DNA from: Paragordius varius
Lineage: Eukaryota > Animalia > Nematomorpha
Direction of reading: 5' to 3'
DNA length: 64,000 nucleotides
NCBI GenBank assembly: GCA_964247055.1
Contig: OZ176050.1
Coordinates: forward strand, 13,268,001-13,332,000
The notes below the pieces were generated by a model that had not been told where the DNA came from, made no database searches, and saw only the letters and a program-made list of their open reading frames with translations. Each line of letters opens with the position of its first letter. Within the stretch, counting starts at the first letter, position 1. Below, one piece after another: positions 1-14,989 of this stretch. The position numbers and the translations under genes were made by a program.

Positions 1-432
1 TTAAGTTAAGGCTTTTTTATGATTTGCATGCCTTTGCAGTCAAAAGACTATTTTGCTATCGTAACTTATGTAATTGCCTTACTGGGCTTATGAAATTCCT
101 CATCCGCTTTCATTACTAAGACAACTTTTGGCTGGGAAAAAATAATAGATAATGACTTAAGTGTTGTGATGCTAACGCCTGGAAGGATCGCAAATATTGC
201 AGGCAGTTTTATACGGATAGAATGGCTAACCATATATAAAAAAGAAAAAGACGATACGTTTTCAAAAAATAAAATGTTTAAAAATATCATGACGAGTTTA
301 CAAGCCGCATTCACGAGAAATATAATAATTATAATATGAAATATCAAACATATAAAATTCATCGACTTTTAAAGTAGTATGTGTAAAATTTAATTAAATA
401 TAAATATGAAATGATTTGTTCATTCAAAATGA

Positions 433-2804
433 TCACAATAGATAATAAGAATTAATTGAGGCAAAATTTTCGTTTGAGGAGTCGGCGATCGAATCAAGAA
501 GCGTGGAAGATTGTTGTAATTCGTCAGATTTAACGTCCAGTTGTAGGGTGGAAAGGGTGCTCCCATTTTGTAAACTAATAAAAAAAATTAAATTTCAAAG
601 CAAATCGATTAATACAGTAAAAATTGAAATTATATAGACAAATTTCATTTTTTTAAGACCACTGTATTTTTAAAAAATTTGATTTTCCTCATTGTTTTAA
701 AATGCAAAGTAAGAAATTGAGATGTAAATTGGTAACACAATTAATTAATTTTACAATTCTAATTTATATAGGAAAAATTAAGTTTAAATATGGCAGAGAA
801 AAACATTTGTTCAAATTTTACGATTTATCTATATGTCATTGACGGTATCGAAAAACATTTTAAAAGTTTACTATATGACAATATTTGCTTTAACCCTAGT
901 ATGCAAATACTCAATCTTAAAAAAGTTGACAATTTACTTATGTACAATAAAATTAACATCTACCGACAAACTTAAACTTTATCATATTTTAACAAGTAAT
1001 TTCCCTATTATAATTTATACAATTTAAAACAAATTTTTATGCAATAATTTTATGTTCTATTCCGTGTTTTCCAAGCAGAAATCATAGGTTATATTAATAA
1101 ACAAAGTATATGACAGTTTTTTAAAAAAAATATTTGTCTTTAAGCTCATACATTTTATCTTTATTATTTCAATATTTTAAGTAAAGTTTGACGATAAAAA
1201 CCTAATTTTGTTTTAAATTTAATATATATCTTAACACTAGTCATAGGGAGCAATCCAATTACTTATAATTAATATGGAAAATATAATTATAAAATATAAA
1301 TTATTACATAGACGTAGTAGATGGGATTGTATTATTGTTTAATTGAGCCATAGAATTACTTTCATCTGTATGACCGTTTGAATTGAGAGACGGTATTTTC
1401 ATCCAAACATTTTTTGGTAAATTTGAAATTTCCGATGATAAATTTGAATTAGTTGCTAAAGAATTTAGCATATTTATATTACAACTATAAAGATAAAATG
1501 TAAAAACTTAATGACAAATATTTTTTAATAAAGACAATGTTTAAATCTTGATTCTTTTCAGTATATACGGTTTAAAGTTGGGAAATAAGGAATGTCGATG
1601 AAAATTAATAATAACCTTAATTATATATATTATAAAATTATAATCTTTAGGTTGTATGGCAAAAATAGATTAAAGAGTAAGGCTGTGTGTTAGGGAAAAA
1701 ATGTTTGCCTTTTAGTTTTCACATTGTGTCTTGATATAAATAATTTTATAATTACTTTTATGATTATTTTGGATAAAGGAATCATCATAATTGTTTGATG
1801 ATTCAGGAGGGGTAGCACTACTAGAAATAAATGGAAAATTTTGGGATGAACTTATCATTAATTCATTTTCTGTCATGATAGGGTTGTTGGCCTTCCCCAT
1901 GGCCATGTTGAGTAAGGCATTTTGCATTAATCTATTGGTGGATTTCATGCTCTATAGTAATTATTGAAATAAATAAAATAATTTAATACAGAAATATATT
2001 ATTTGTTGGTTAAATTAATTAGATATAAGAAACGAAAAAACCTATATTGTAAACGATTTTTGATCACAAAGAATATGAAAAAATTTTAATTAATAAAAGA
2101 TTCCAAAATAAAATCCAAATATTTTATATCGTCGCCTGGCCTGTAATTTACAATTTAGAACTGATCTATAACCTTATATTGCACACAAATAAAACAAATT
2201 TTAGGAACTTGTGTGTATTTATAACCATTGGTCAATAAAAAATATCAGAACAAAAACTGCCTAATTTTAAAGTAGAGATTTTAATAAATGTTTATTGGAG
2301 AAAATATATAGTATAAATAAAAATATTACATCACGATATTTGTATAAATAAAATTTTAGAGGCTGATAATATGAATCGAATCCAAGTGTGTTTAAAGCAT
2401 GTAAAATATCGTCACCATTTATAGTTTTCCTTTTTTCCTTTTGACAATTATCACTTGCCCTGGTAATTCAAAAATTTGATAAGTCAATGAAGTTATTAAA
2501 TTTAACAATTTATATTTTCAATACTCGCTAGTTAGGAAACTAATAAATTCTGATACACATTCTTGCATACACTCCTTAGCATCTTTTGATATCTAAATTT
2601 AAGACAACATTACCTTTCCATTAATGGGTACATTCCGTTTCATTAGTCTTCCAACATTTGCAATTGGCAAAAACCGATCCTTCAATAATATAATTTAAAA
2701 CTTGTTCTCTTAGCGGCTCATTGTCTTTTCCTATATATATAAAAAATATTATTACTTGATGAATAAATATCATCTTCATAAACGAGATATTGTGATGGGT
2801 CCAT
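433..2804 (-). CDS. NFYB: Nuclear transcription factor Y subunit beta (histone-fold CCAAT-binding factor), 8 exons
   Basis: Exons 2804-2756, 2730-2702, 2679-2614, 2592-2525, 2459-2330, 1951-1756, 1455-1308, 574-433 join in frame at GT-AG junctions. Core reads [93 protein letters not shown], the NF-YB histone fold. The three 3' exons (low-complexity tail) rest on phase and splice sites only. Missed by the ORF track because of micro-introns. Confidence 0.93.
2593..2613 (-). other. 21-nt GT-AG micro-intron (NF-YB intron 3)
   Basis: gtaatgttgtcttaaatttag splits the conserved GK|ISKDAKEC; contains in-frame TAA and TAG. Confidence 0.92.
2680..2701 (-). other. 22-nt GT-AG micro-intron (NF-YB intron 2)
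   Basis: gttttaaattatattattgaag splits the conserved PLREQ|DRFLPIANV motif; retention frameshifts. Confidence 0.92.
2731..2755 (-). other. 25-nt GT-AG micro-intron (NF-YB intron 1)
   Basis: gtaataatattttttatatatatag; removal links ATG2804 in frame to [10 protein letters not shown]. Confidence 0.8.
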
Positions 2805-5129
2805 CTCGGTTTAAAAAACACATATGATATGGTGCCTGAAAATATTAAAAAGCTTATTTTTTGGTAAACGAAAAATTTTATTAAACATACTCCCTTGCAT
2901 ATTAACAATGACCTTTGGGGCTTGTTTTATACACTAGGGCCATCTAAAATTAAATATGAATAAATGTTTTAAATTAGGCCAAATTTGGGAATATGCTTTC
3001 TTCAGCCTTTCCCTTTTTTGTCCTAGTTTACATATTAGGGTATTTTTATACCACAGACCTCAATTTTTATCACTACTGATTAAAAGTTATTTTAGTTAAA
3101 ATTTAATTATCAAATTCACTTTATTAGAAAAAAAAGCATATATTTATACAGTTTTTGTAACTTCTATCTAAAATTTAATTAATTGAAACCAGACCATATT
3201 AATTAAATTATATCAAGTTTTGTTAATGTAGCCCGAAGGCTTTTTAAACCTCATTTTATTTTTTAACAATAATATACATTTATTCGACTTTGCATTAGCG
3301 ATTTAAAAAAATTATGGAGATAAATGACAGAAACAAGTGTGATGATATAGATTACTATTTCATTTTTTAAAAAAAATTAATAATGTCCCTTGATGGCTCA
3401 GGAAGGTATTTAAAAAATTTATCCAAATTTTTTTGCTATTGTTTTCTTTAAATATTTTCAAATCGTGAATATAACAAGAAAATATATAATATTTAAAAAA
3501 AATGTAAATTCACTTTAGAAACCTTTGAAAATACAATTTACAAGCATTAATTATCGATTTTAATATCAGCTGTTTGTTTCAATCGTGTTTTAAAGTATCT
3601 AAATACGGGATCCAGAAGTCAAAAAACTAAAAATTATATTTTTTTACCAAAAACAGGAAAAGGGGGTTTGATAATTAGATTTTAACCAAAAAAACTTTAA
3701 AAACAGTAGTTTGTTTACTACTTTTCGGTACTAGAAAACTATCCCATATGTCTTAGGAAATAAAAGGTTATCAAGTGTTAACACTTTATTACGTAACTTT
3801 ATATCTCAAAGCAGCAGTTTGAAATTGGATATAAAATGTTATGATATTAGGCGGAATTTTATAATTTGGTTTTTTTATCCCTTTGAGCGCATTTTTTTAA
3901 AAAACATTTAATACGCCACTATTGATTTTTCCTTAAGGTTTATTGAATCGCTGATATAATAGAAGAAATTTATATTATGGTTAAATGTTAATAATTAATT
4001 TTTAATCTTTCAGGTTACATTACCAGCTAAACTTGATATTAATTGATTTTAAAATCAGCTGTTTAGTTAATTCGTGTTTTGGAGCTGTTCTAATCAAATA
4101 ATTTAAACTTTCATCTAATATAGGAAGACATACTCAAATAATTTTAAAACAGTAGTTTATTAACGAGATTGAGCTCTGGGAAATAAAACTACCCCAATAT
4201 GTCATCGCGGACATATGCTGACACCTGTTCGAGGAAATTGACTACTACATTTATACATAGATATAGGCCACTCAGCAAAATATTTTGTTGCAGGGCCAAT
4301 AAAATATTTTTATTGTATCAAACTGCCTGGGCCATATGACACCCATTTGTATAGCTTTTTGATACATTTGGAGATATTTATCAAAAAAGTATATCAAAAA
4401 TAAATAAATATTTCAGGGCCATAAGAAGCACCTTTAGGGCCGCGGTTTTAATACCGCTGAAGTATGTGTTAAGCAGAAAAAATGTTTCCTTTAATAAAAA
4501 AAGTTGTTTTTTCGATTCGTTTGGTATCATATGGCGGATATTCGTATAAATTTTTTTGTTATTCGTAAAGCCATAATCTAGTTGTTAGATAAATTATTAA
4601 CAATTTAATCTAATCCTGTTAAGTACTATGATTATACAACATTCCGCACTCTTTTCAATCATAATTTTGGCAAAACAATTTTTTTTAAATTTTATAAAAA
4701 AAAATGTGTTTATAAAAGGAATTAAAACTTAACCGTTTTCGGTTCCGATTTCAGGCAAAAAACATTTCCAAAATTCCGATTCCAAATTTTTGGTCGTTCC
4801 AATGTTTATTGGTCAAATGGTTCCGACCTCGTTTTTTTATTTGAATAACTTTGTTAAATAGATGAAAGTTAAAGCCACCATAATAATGATCCGCTTATTT
4901 CTCTAAAAAATTATATTAATTATAATAAAGCATCTGAAATAAATTATTATGGTTTATATTTTATACATAATTGAAAATTATATTTGGGAACTGATATTCC
5001 ACTTTCAAAAACGATTAAGACCGACCGTTTTAGTCCCAATCCCAGTAACATATATTTTTTTGCTATATTACTGGTCAACTTGAACGAAGGACCAAGTTCC
5101 TCGATGGTTAAGCTTGCGGGTAATTCCTT

Positions 5130-6560
5130 AGGAGGAGTTTGACCCCTTAAAGATTAAAATTTTCCCATGCTGTTTCTTTCAATTCCTTTATACATCTAAC
5201 AGATTCCTTCTTTACAGTATCCAGCCATCTTAACACCGGTTTTTCTTTTTCCTTCAACTTTTTCAAAAATCAAATCCTTCTCAAGGGATGTATTTCTTAA
5301 AATGTGACCAATGTAGGTTTATCTTTTTATTATAGTACCATTAAGCGACCCTCAATATTTAATTTTTCTCTTATTGTTTTTAACCTTGTCAGACCATCTT
5401 TATTCAACATTTTCCTCCAACACCACATTATAAATGCTGCAATCTTATATTCAATTTTAGTGTCCAACTTTCGGGAGCATAAGTAGCTCCCGGAAATACC
5501 TTGCATTTTATTACTCTAACTTTAGTCATAGTGATATCTTTACTTTTCCATAAGCTGACTTCCCTAATGTTATGCGGTGTTTAATTGGCGTGGAGAAGCC
5601 GTTGATATCTATTAGAGAGCCTAAGAATAGGATTTCATATACAACTTCTACTGTGGTGTCGTCTGTGGTTATATTAGGTTTGTTTTTTTGACTTTGGTTT
5701 TCTTAAGATTAAGGTTCAATCCATATCTTTCTTCCCTTACTAACCTTATATTATTCCAACTTTCTATATGTTAACTTGTAAAGATGAGGAGATAATATAA
5801 GAAATGTGAAATGAATTCATTCGGTTTTTTTAGGGTTTATATATACTAATTTTAGTTGTGCATAATTTGCATTATATCAATAAAATTTCAAGTAACAAAG
5901 GATATAATATTTACATAGTACACAAAATATAGAAAATAATACAATTCAAATAACGGTGAAAGTTATGATATACAACCAAGGTATGTATTTCACATTTGCA
6001 TGTAACACAGAAAATTATGATATAAAAACAAAGTATATCTTTCAGATTTGCATAACACTATATTATCCGCGATCAGCGTCGTGTCATCTGCGAATCTTAT
6101 TGTTAATACTTGTCCCTCCTATCCTTAGGCTTTCAGTAGCTTCATCTACTTTTCTCATGATCATTTCTGTACAGATATTAAACAAGTATGAGAGGCAACC
6201 GTGTTTAACACTTTGTATTGAAATTTGGTTGGTTCTGCCCAACGAGGTTTGTATTATAGCTTTTTGATGTTCATACAAATTTTTGAGCAAGGTTAGAAAC
6301 CCTAACTCCCATTGTTTCCAAACTTTGCCATAATTGGACACGGTAAATCAAACAAAAGCTTGGGTAAATAAAAACAACATATTACTCTTGATATTCTTTT
6401 TACATGTTTCTATTATGCGTCTCATTTAGAGATGTGATCTCTTGTGCTACATTCTTTCATAAATCCTGTTTAAACGTCTGGAATCTCCCTGGCTATCACA
6501 TGATGTAATTTGTTCTGGATGATTGTAGGGTTTTGCTGACCAAGTCATGACCCGTTTAAG
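5130..6560 (-). mobile_element. Decayed RTE-clade (BovB-like) LINE, RT and C-terminal region, interrupted by an AT-rich segment at ~5800-6060
   Basis: Minus-strand peptides with stops and frameshifts: REIPDV..GFMKECSTRDHI; LLKNLYEHQKAIIQTSLGRT..VKHGCLSYLFNICTEMIMR..LRIGGTSINN; GLNLNLKKTK..EVVYEILFLGS; AAFIMWCWRKML; YIGHILRNTSLEKDLIFEKVEGKR..RWLD. Confidence 0.85.
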
Positions 6561-7733
6561 GCCAGTGACTATTTATTTTTTGACCATGATCATTAAAAAA
6601 ACAGCTGTTTTTTTGAATTGCTGGTAAATTTTTTTTGGAAGAGAAATAAATTTTATTGTTTTTTAATATATTATTTAAAAACATAAATTAAATATTTAAA
6701 TATGCTAATTTAACAATATAAAATTGTTATACATGCATCGTTATACCATTAGCATTCCAGTTATTTCGAAAAACAAAACAATCAAGCACTTTGGAAAATA
6801 TGCAATTATTCCATATATGTGAACCGATATTTCGACAAAATATTCTATAATTGGATATTTCAATGATGAAAGAAAGTGCAAAACAAACTAGGTAAAATTT
6901 TATTTGAAATATCCAGTATTAGAAGCTATGTATTCGAAGATTCAGAAGGCACAAACATGAAGAAAATTTTATTTGAAAACAAAATTATTGATTATAATAA
7001 ATATCAAAAAAATGTATAATAAAAACTTTTTAATAACATGTCATTATTAGTGAAACGCAAGTGTCGTACGAACATTATTTTCACAATCCATTATCGCATG
7101 ATATTTACTTGAGAAAAAGTGGCCATGACCATGGTCTGACCGGAATTTTTTGAAAAAAGCAGTCAAATGCACAAATCTACTAATGAGAGTTATGTTTCTA
7201 TTGTTCTCCCAATTTAATTTATCTCCATTTTTAGACTGGGCAAACAGCGATGTTGTTGGCATTTGTTAAAATATTTTAATATTCTAATATTTAAAAACTT
7301 GCTCTCAGCTAATGAATGCTATTTGGAGAAAATAAATTAAAAGTGCAAGTTTGGAACAAGTTTACAAAAAAACTAAGAGATTTTTACCAATTAAATGTAT
7401 TTTATACTGCATACCAAGATTTTCTAATAAATTGTGGTTGAGTTTCTAATGATAAATTCTTAAAACTAATCCTGTACAAAAAATAATAGTAAAGTCGATT
7501 ATAAAAAATCTAAAAACCAAATATTTCTGATACATCCAAGTATTTTTCCGATAAATAAGCTAAAGTTAGTCCACATGGTTTATAAACATTTTTTTGTATG
7601 ATTTTTTCCGCCATTTTACATTGTTAACAACTAATCTTTTTATAAAATTTCAAATTAATTTTAATATATAATAAAGTATATATATAAAATTAGTTTATTA
7701 ATTGGCTAATAGCAAACCATATCATTTTTATCC

Positions 7734-10700
7734 ATGCCAAATATTCTGGAATGTGATATATGCGGTGAAATATTTAAAATTAAATCTTTACTATACAAGC
7801 ATTTATCAACTCATAAATCCAATGAAGAAATTCCCAAAACTAATGTTGTTACAAATGATACAACTACATCATCGGTTCAAAATTTTGTTTGTGAAAAATG
7901 TGAAGAAATATTTACGTCTGAATCAAACCTTAAAGATCATTTAAAATTATGTGAAAAACCTTTTAGTTGTTTGATCTGCCAAAAAGTATGTGATTCAGAA
8001 TGGGACTTACAAAAACATGAGGTGAAGCATAGTCGTAGTAAAAAGAAATGCAAATTTTGTGACAAATTGTTTGCCGTAATAGGGCATTTAGAACGTCATG
8101 AACAACTTCACAACAGTGAACCCAAACAATCAACAAACGAAGAGTTAAACGATGAAATAGCAAATTTTGATACCTCAAATATTCTATGCGACAAGTGCTC
8201 CGTAAATCTTAGTTCCTTTACCCCTGAACAAATACAACTCCATAAACTGCGCCATAGAAATATTTCTACCAATTCCAAATTTTTTCATACCCATCGTCGC
8301 GTACTAAATGAATCATCCACAAAAACTAAATCAAAAAAGAAGCTTATTAACAATTCCAATAGTAATTATAAGCGTCATACCGAATCTGCTCAATCAAAAC
8401 TTTATAAATTATTTGATCTTAATTCTGATCAGTTGACAACAATATTCGATACTTCATTTTGGTTGCATGATGATCTTCGCCAAATTACTCATGTAGGTGA
8501 CAACGATTCTGTTAATATTTTTTCACAGGTTGGTCAGACATATAGGTGCATTTTTTGCTCTTCGACATTCGATCAATCCATAGACCTGAAAAGGCATTTG
8601 TTTGGACACATGTCAGTCCCTTTATTCACTTGTGACATGTGCGGTGAACAGTTTGAAGAGAAGGCCCGTCTCCAAGACCATATTATTCAACATCAGCTTG
8701 AGGATACACCACTAACATGCAATATTTGTACCAAATCTTTTACATCACTCGAAGCATTACTTCACCATGAAAAAAGTCATGGCATCGCTTTTATTCCAAC
8801 TTCTATTCTTTCATCCATGATAATTGATGCACCTTCAACCGCTTCCAATGTATCTGCCACAGCTATTCCCGTTAATTTCAATGCGGTACTAGATACCGCT
8901 GTTATGCCTGAAATGAATTTTTCACTGAATAACGTTAACGATTCAGCCAACATTGACATAAGCAATTACAACAACCTCCAATTAGCTAATGCATTAATAC
9001 TAAATAATGCTGCTTTGCCAGGTGATGTTTTTATTTTTGAGTGGTTAAGGATTTTTTATCAATCCATGGTTAAGGTTTTAAAATCGTCTGGTCAGGGCTT
9101 GCAGTATGGTGTGCGTTAACAAATCTTATTTTGAATATTAGGTTTATATATTATTTTTATAATAAAAAGCAGACGGTACCGTTAACAATGTGTTAACTGC
9201 AACACTTCAACAAGCCTTTACGCCTTGTCCAAACTGTGGCAAACAATTTGATCGTTATGAAAAATATCAAGTTCATCACCAATTGTATCATGCAAAGAGA
9301 GCCCCCTTTTTCTGTGCTTTTTGTCGGAGTGACCCGACATCCTCACAATCCCAAAATTCAGTTTCTTTAGGGGCTGACCAAACCACACCTACTTTATTCA
9401 AATACAAGCGTGGTGCCGTTTTCGATCGCAAAATTTTGTTACTTAAACACCTTCGAAAGTATGCGTTTTTTAACAATTACATATTCTTAATTGTTCTGTG
9501 TATGCTAAATATACCTAAAATGGTTTATAAATATATTTTTATTAACGAACATATTAATTTTACGCAGATATCACAAAGATATATATAAACCAACTAAGTA
9601 CAAATGCACAATTTGCCGAGCCCTATTTTCTACCGAATCTTCTTTACGGGATCACGAATATACGCATGAGGATGTAAAAAGGTATAATGATATGTAATAT
9701 TTTTATAATTTGTTACTTTATTTTAAAAAGGCTGTAATTTACTGCTTAAAACAAATATAAGCGTTCAATCATTTTATTAATATAAAATATATTAGTTTTT
9801 CTGATATATAAATCATGCTTTTAATTCGCCGGGAATTTTTAACCTAATTCGTTGGTGTTTACACAGATATGTGATTTATAAATCACTAGGTTAAAAAAAT
9901 AAAGTCGACTATTTGATCAATAATAATTTTTATGTATCCACCAATAAAACTTTTATGCATTGTATTTTTAGATATAATTGCAATCTATGTGGCCTATATT
10001 TCCGACAAATTCTCAGCGTAAACAATCATTTGCGTAAATGTCATTTTGATGTTCCTGATTTGGAGTTATTGATTCAACGGTACGAATCAATGGCTAATGA
10101 AAGTCTTCTTTTTGGCTCTGATGCAGAATTCTTGAGCTCTCACCTAAGTGATTTTTGCTTACAAACTCTTCCATCAACATCACCGGTCGGCAAAACATTA
10201 GCAGCAAATAATCGTGAAAAAGATGACTTTAGCTTTGATATGGAAACGGATGATTGTGATACAGTTTTTTCTGGTGCTTTACAAAGGGTAGACACCGTTT
10301 CTGACGCTGATTACGTCGATGACTTTTTCCGACAACCATTTGATCAAAGCACCATCGCCGTTACTGGTGAGAATGGTGATGATAGTGAATGTAGCGTTTA
10401 TCAATGCACAAATTGTGGTTTGTGTTTCATGCAAGCGGAAGCTTTCAAAATTCACAATGGTGTCCATGGCAACAATGTGTTGGGTCGAGTGCCTTGTATC
10501 TCAGCATCTGAAACTACTTTGGAGTGTACGCAATGCTTTTTTATGACACGTGATATACCCATATTTAATGCCCATTTCCACACCAATTTCCATCACATGC
10601 GTCAAAATAATTATTTGTTGTTTGATTCATTGAAACCTTACAGAAGCGATTCAGGTTGTGATAAAAAACGTAGTCAAGAACAACATCTGCAAGCAAAAGC

Positions 10701-13700
10701 TATTACCACTACCTTCTTTGAATGTAAGACATGTCAAAGCTCCTTTTCAACCCAAATGAATTATATCAGGCACATTGGTGTACATAGCACCATATTACCC
10801 TATGAATGTTACTTGTGTGGCCAAGCGTACGTGATTGTGGAAAATTTGCGGAAACATTTGCTCATACACTTTGAAGTGTTGTATCGAACCCATAATCTTG
10901 CGTACTTTAAACCCGAATATTTGAGTGGCACATGCATATTTTTTCATTGTGTATATTGTGGTTCCATCTACGATACTAAATCTGAGTATCAGCACCATCA
11001 AGCAATATGCAGTAAACCATGTCCAGTTCTGCATTCAGCCTTAAAATCCAATAATATAAGCAGTGGAGGTATCCAGGAAATTTTGCATTACAGATGCGTT
11101 GATTGTCACCATGTTTTTCTCTCTAACGATCTTTACATTGGCCACGTGTGCCTTGGGAGTTGTGACAAACACCCTGCCCTACCATTCCTAGTTGATTATG
11201 GTATTCAAGGGGCTACTAGTCAAATCCTATCGTTGTACATGCCCCTCATGGGCACAGCCAGCAGTCACAATCAAAATGATACCAATAATAACACATTTGT
11301 TGGGGCAACTATTATACAGGACCCGTTTCCCCACCATCATGGAAATAAAAATAATCAAGGAAAATGTAACATTGTTACCACTGCCCCTACGTATACTGAC
11401 ATGTCCGCCAATAAACAACAACTAATGCCTTCTATGATGGTTTCAAAATATAATGCATACGGTTCCCAAACGACCCCAATCTTGAAATGTCTTGATGGGT
11501 CAAGTTCGGTCAAAACGTTGGGCGTTATCTTACCCGATAACCCGTGGGATGAACGATGGCCCAAATATCAAATGGTGGTTGAACGGAAACATCATTCCTG
11601 TCAATTGGATATATGTAAAAGGGATAGGGAAATTCTACGAACTTTTGAAACAAGAGATAACACAAATGGGAAAGGCGCCTACGAATTATGCGCAAAAAGT
11701 ATTCCCATCATTAATTTGCACCTATTTGATGCCGCTAAAGCCTACATTTGCTTGTGTTGTGACACGTGGAAAGCGACCAAAACCTCATATCGTGAACGCA
11801 AAATGCTTGATGATCACATTGTTAGTAGCCATTTCCGTGTTTTACCAGCTCTACAGTATATGTGCCATGTGTGCGGAAAATTCGCTAAAGCGGGTCGGAG
11901 TTATAAGGTGCATATGGAGAGGCATTCTTCAGTTCTTATGACTACTGCTCCAACAGGCTCATCAAGTCTCACCACTTTTGGCAAATCATTGAATAATAGC
12001 ATGACAAAAAACTTTTTTGTCGATCAATTATCTGAAGCTACCAACAGCAACACCGTAAACACCGACATAATATATGATTCATCAATCATTATGAATTCCG
12101 CCGCCGCCGCCCCCGCCTCTAATCATCAACCACCACAAACCTACCTTTGTGATCATTGTGCCTTGTGTTTTGTCACGAGACATGAGTTACATGATCATTT
12201 ACGTACCGTACATAATGATACAACAATTACCCTTGAACCCGATGAACCGCTGGATAGTTTGGAGCAATCAAACAGTGTTGTCGGTGAAAATTTGATAAAC
12301 TCTCTACTAAGGGCAACAAACAGTGGTATTGGTGAGGATGGTTCTCGCCTTTTCACCTGTGCCATTTGTTTGCGAGAATTCGATTCTCAGGCCAAATTTG
12401 CACTTCATTCATACACGCACACGGGTGTAAAACCCCATGTATGTAATGTATGCCTTAAAACTTTCACGAAACGTAACAAATTACTGGAACATGTTAGGAT
12501 GGTACATTCCTTAAACACTGTCACACAAGCGCAACAACCCCAATTGGTTAAATGTTTCATTTGTTCCCAAAGCTTTGCACATCGAGCCATGTTACAGGAA
12601 CATGTAAGTTCATGCCATGCCAACCAAATCTACAAATGTAAACATTGTGATAAAACGTTTTCGCATGAACCACACCTCCTTCGTCACCAAAGATCCCATA
12701 ACGGGAATAACCCGTACACGTGTCACATTTGTCACAAAGATTTTTATCGCAAAGAAAAACTGCAACGACACTTGTTTGTCCACGATTCCAACACCCTGTA
12801 CAAATGTGAAATTTGTCACAAGGGCTATTCAACACGCGAAGTTTTGGAAAAACATATATGTATACGGGAGAAGGGATGTGAAAACATTGTTTTCAAATGT
12901 CCACTTTGTCCCCGTAAGTTTACGTTTAAAAAGAATCTGGAATTGCATATAGCACATCATCAAACAAACGATAGCCGTAACGATCAGAAAAAAGTACCCA
13001 AACAGTATTACTGCAATCTGTGCCCAAAGGCATTCGTACACCTTAAGAAATTGAACCGACACTTGATTTTCCATCAAAAGTATCCAAACCTTGATGGTGG
13101 AATACCCATCATAGTTGAGGAAAAGAAATTTAAGTGTCACCTGTGTCCTAAAACGTTCATCAAAAATTTTTACCTAAAAAAGCATTTGGAAAATCATTAC
13201 AAATATTCGGCTGGCATTCGTAGAATGCGGGCACCCAACGTTGGAACCGTTCCTGATCCACCTACTTCAATGATGGATCCTTCGCTCCCCTTTTTTCATG
13301 CTGGCCCTTCGACAGTTTATGATTCAACCAATATGGTTAACATTAACAACAACAGCAACAATCAACAATTTATAGATAATTCAGCAGGTAATTGTAACAA
13401 ATATTTGCAGCTTTATACATACATATTTTATGTTTTATACATATTTTGAGTACTTTTTGAAATTCATTTACGTTTTTGTATAAAAATGTAATGGAATCAA
13501 ATTTAAATAACGAAATTGTATATATTAGTAAAGAAAATAATTTTCAACTAAAAATATCAAATATCAACCAAATTAAAATTTTTTTATTTTTTGTAATAAC
13601 TTTTGTTTATAGCCAACAATAATATTCTTTTTGTCCCAATGAACGCGGAAGATGTTAATATCAGTAATTTTACCGACGGAGGCTCATTGATTGGAATTGA

Positions 13701-14989
13701 TTCAAACAATGTCGTTATAAATCAGGCTTTTAACTTAGATGGCACGTTTGATGGAACCCAAATTAACCTTATAACTGATAAAAATAATGTGTTGCATTCA
13801 CAACACCAAGGTACATATATTTAAAATATTCACCGTCTTGACGTTTGGTAAATATATTTATTTACCCTTTTACATAATCCGTGCGTTTACTCAGGGTATT
13901 ACAGTCTGAGTAAGTATACATTGCTCGAAAGTTATTAATTATTGCCAAATAGCATATGCAACAAAGGGAATTATTGGCTTATAGTTATTTTCTTCACTTT
14001 TAAGTATTATTTGTGAATAATAATTCTCGTTGCTGCATATGCTATTTATCAATAACAAATAACTTTCTACCAATATATACTTACTCATACTGTAATTTAA
14101 TTAGTCTATTCTAAATAAAATTGTGATAAAAGAAAAAATATTATTTTAACAATAAATTATTAAATGGTGCAATTTTTTTACATATTATGATAAATATTGT
14201 TCAAATTTATTTTTATTAGTTAACCGCCTCTAAAATTTAAAAAAACAAAACGATTTAATCAGTATGTAATCCTTAATTTTACCGTGTATATTTCCATTTT
14301 TATATCAAAACTTTTTACTCCACTCATTGTGTTTAGGTTCAGAAGGAGGAATCCTTGTAAACTTGGATGGTACGACCGTGTCCTCAACCGATAAATATAT
14401 AAGTCACCAATTCTTAGCAATGGTTAATGGTACTGACCCTAACAATGATGAATCCGAAATGTTAATAGATGGTGGTAGCCAACAATCACACATGCTTACG
14501 ACTTCAGATATAATTTCACAGCAGGGGGCCTCTAATCATCACAATTTTTTAAATATTATCCCACATAATAATAATAGCAGAGAATTGTATTTCCAACAAA
14601 GATCACAAGGTGGTGAAACTTGCCTGTTAACTGAGCAAACAACATCCCTTTTGAGTAATAACAGGACAGAACATTGTGATGGGTTGTTAGATGGTGTCGT
14701 CACATTTACCGATGATAAGTTTGGTGGGCCAACCTATGACATTGTATTGAATGAAGGCAATATCAGCAGCAATTTGGTAGTTAATAGCAAAGGAGTTATT
14801 AACCTTCAAACTGTAAACTCTTCTAACTTACTTGGTGCATTTAGCGCTAATGATATGATTTTGGATGAACACGGGTCTGAATGCTTTTTACCCGATGAAT
14901 CGTATGTCGTTTCTGTGGGCTCTTCTCAACCCAACCATAACAATAGTTTGACAGATTTTACCAATTTTCCTTCCACATCGCTAGGATAA
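7734..14989 (+). CDS. Large multi-C2H2 zinc-finger protein (~1984 aa, more than 20 fingers), 6 exons
   Basis: Exons 7734-9021, 9173-9458, 9568-9681, 9972-13387, 13613-13810, 14337-14989 join in frame (5955 nt). Many CxxC-x12-HxxxH fingers, an HTGVKPHVC linker and an N/D/S-rich low-complexity C-terminus. Introns 151, 109, 290, 225, 526 nt. The start codon is the first ATG of the ORF; an upstream exon is not excluded. Confidence 0.88.
13902..14092. mobile_element. Tc1/mariner-type MITE in ZNF intron 5
   Basis: TA|CAGTCTGAGTAAGTATA ... TATACTTACTCATACTG|TA; imperfect ~80-bp inverted arms flanked by TA. Confidence 0.7.

Noticed and set aside
66-362. 98-aa minus-strand ORF and other 60-100-aa AT-rich ORFs in intergenic and intronic DNA
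   Set aside because: I/F/K/L/N-biased translations with no motif or splice support; expected by chance at this AT content.
2593-2755. Micro-introns as sequencing indels or a ciliate-type genetic code
   Set aside because: All nine have GT...AG ends and restore frame exactly. Long ORFs end at TAA, TGA and TAG and contain no internal TAA/TAG, so the standard code fits.
4730-5050. TTCCG-rich stretch resembling hAT subterminal repeats
   Set aside because: I could not define both termini or a TSD.
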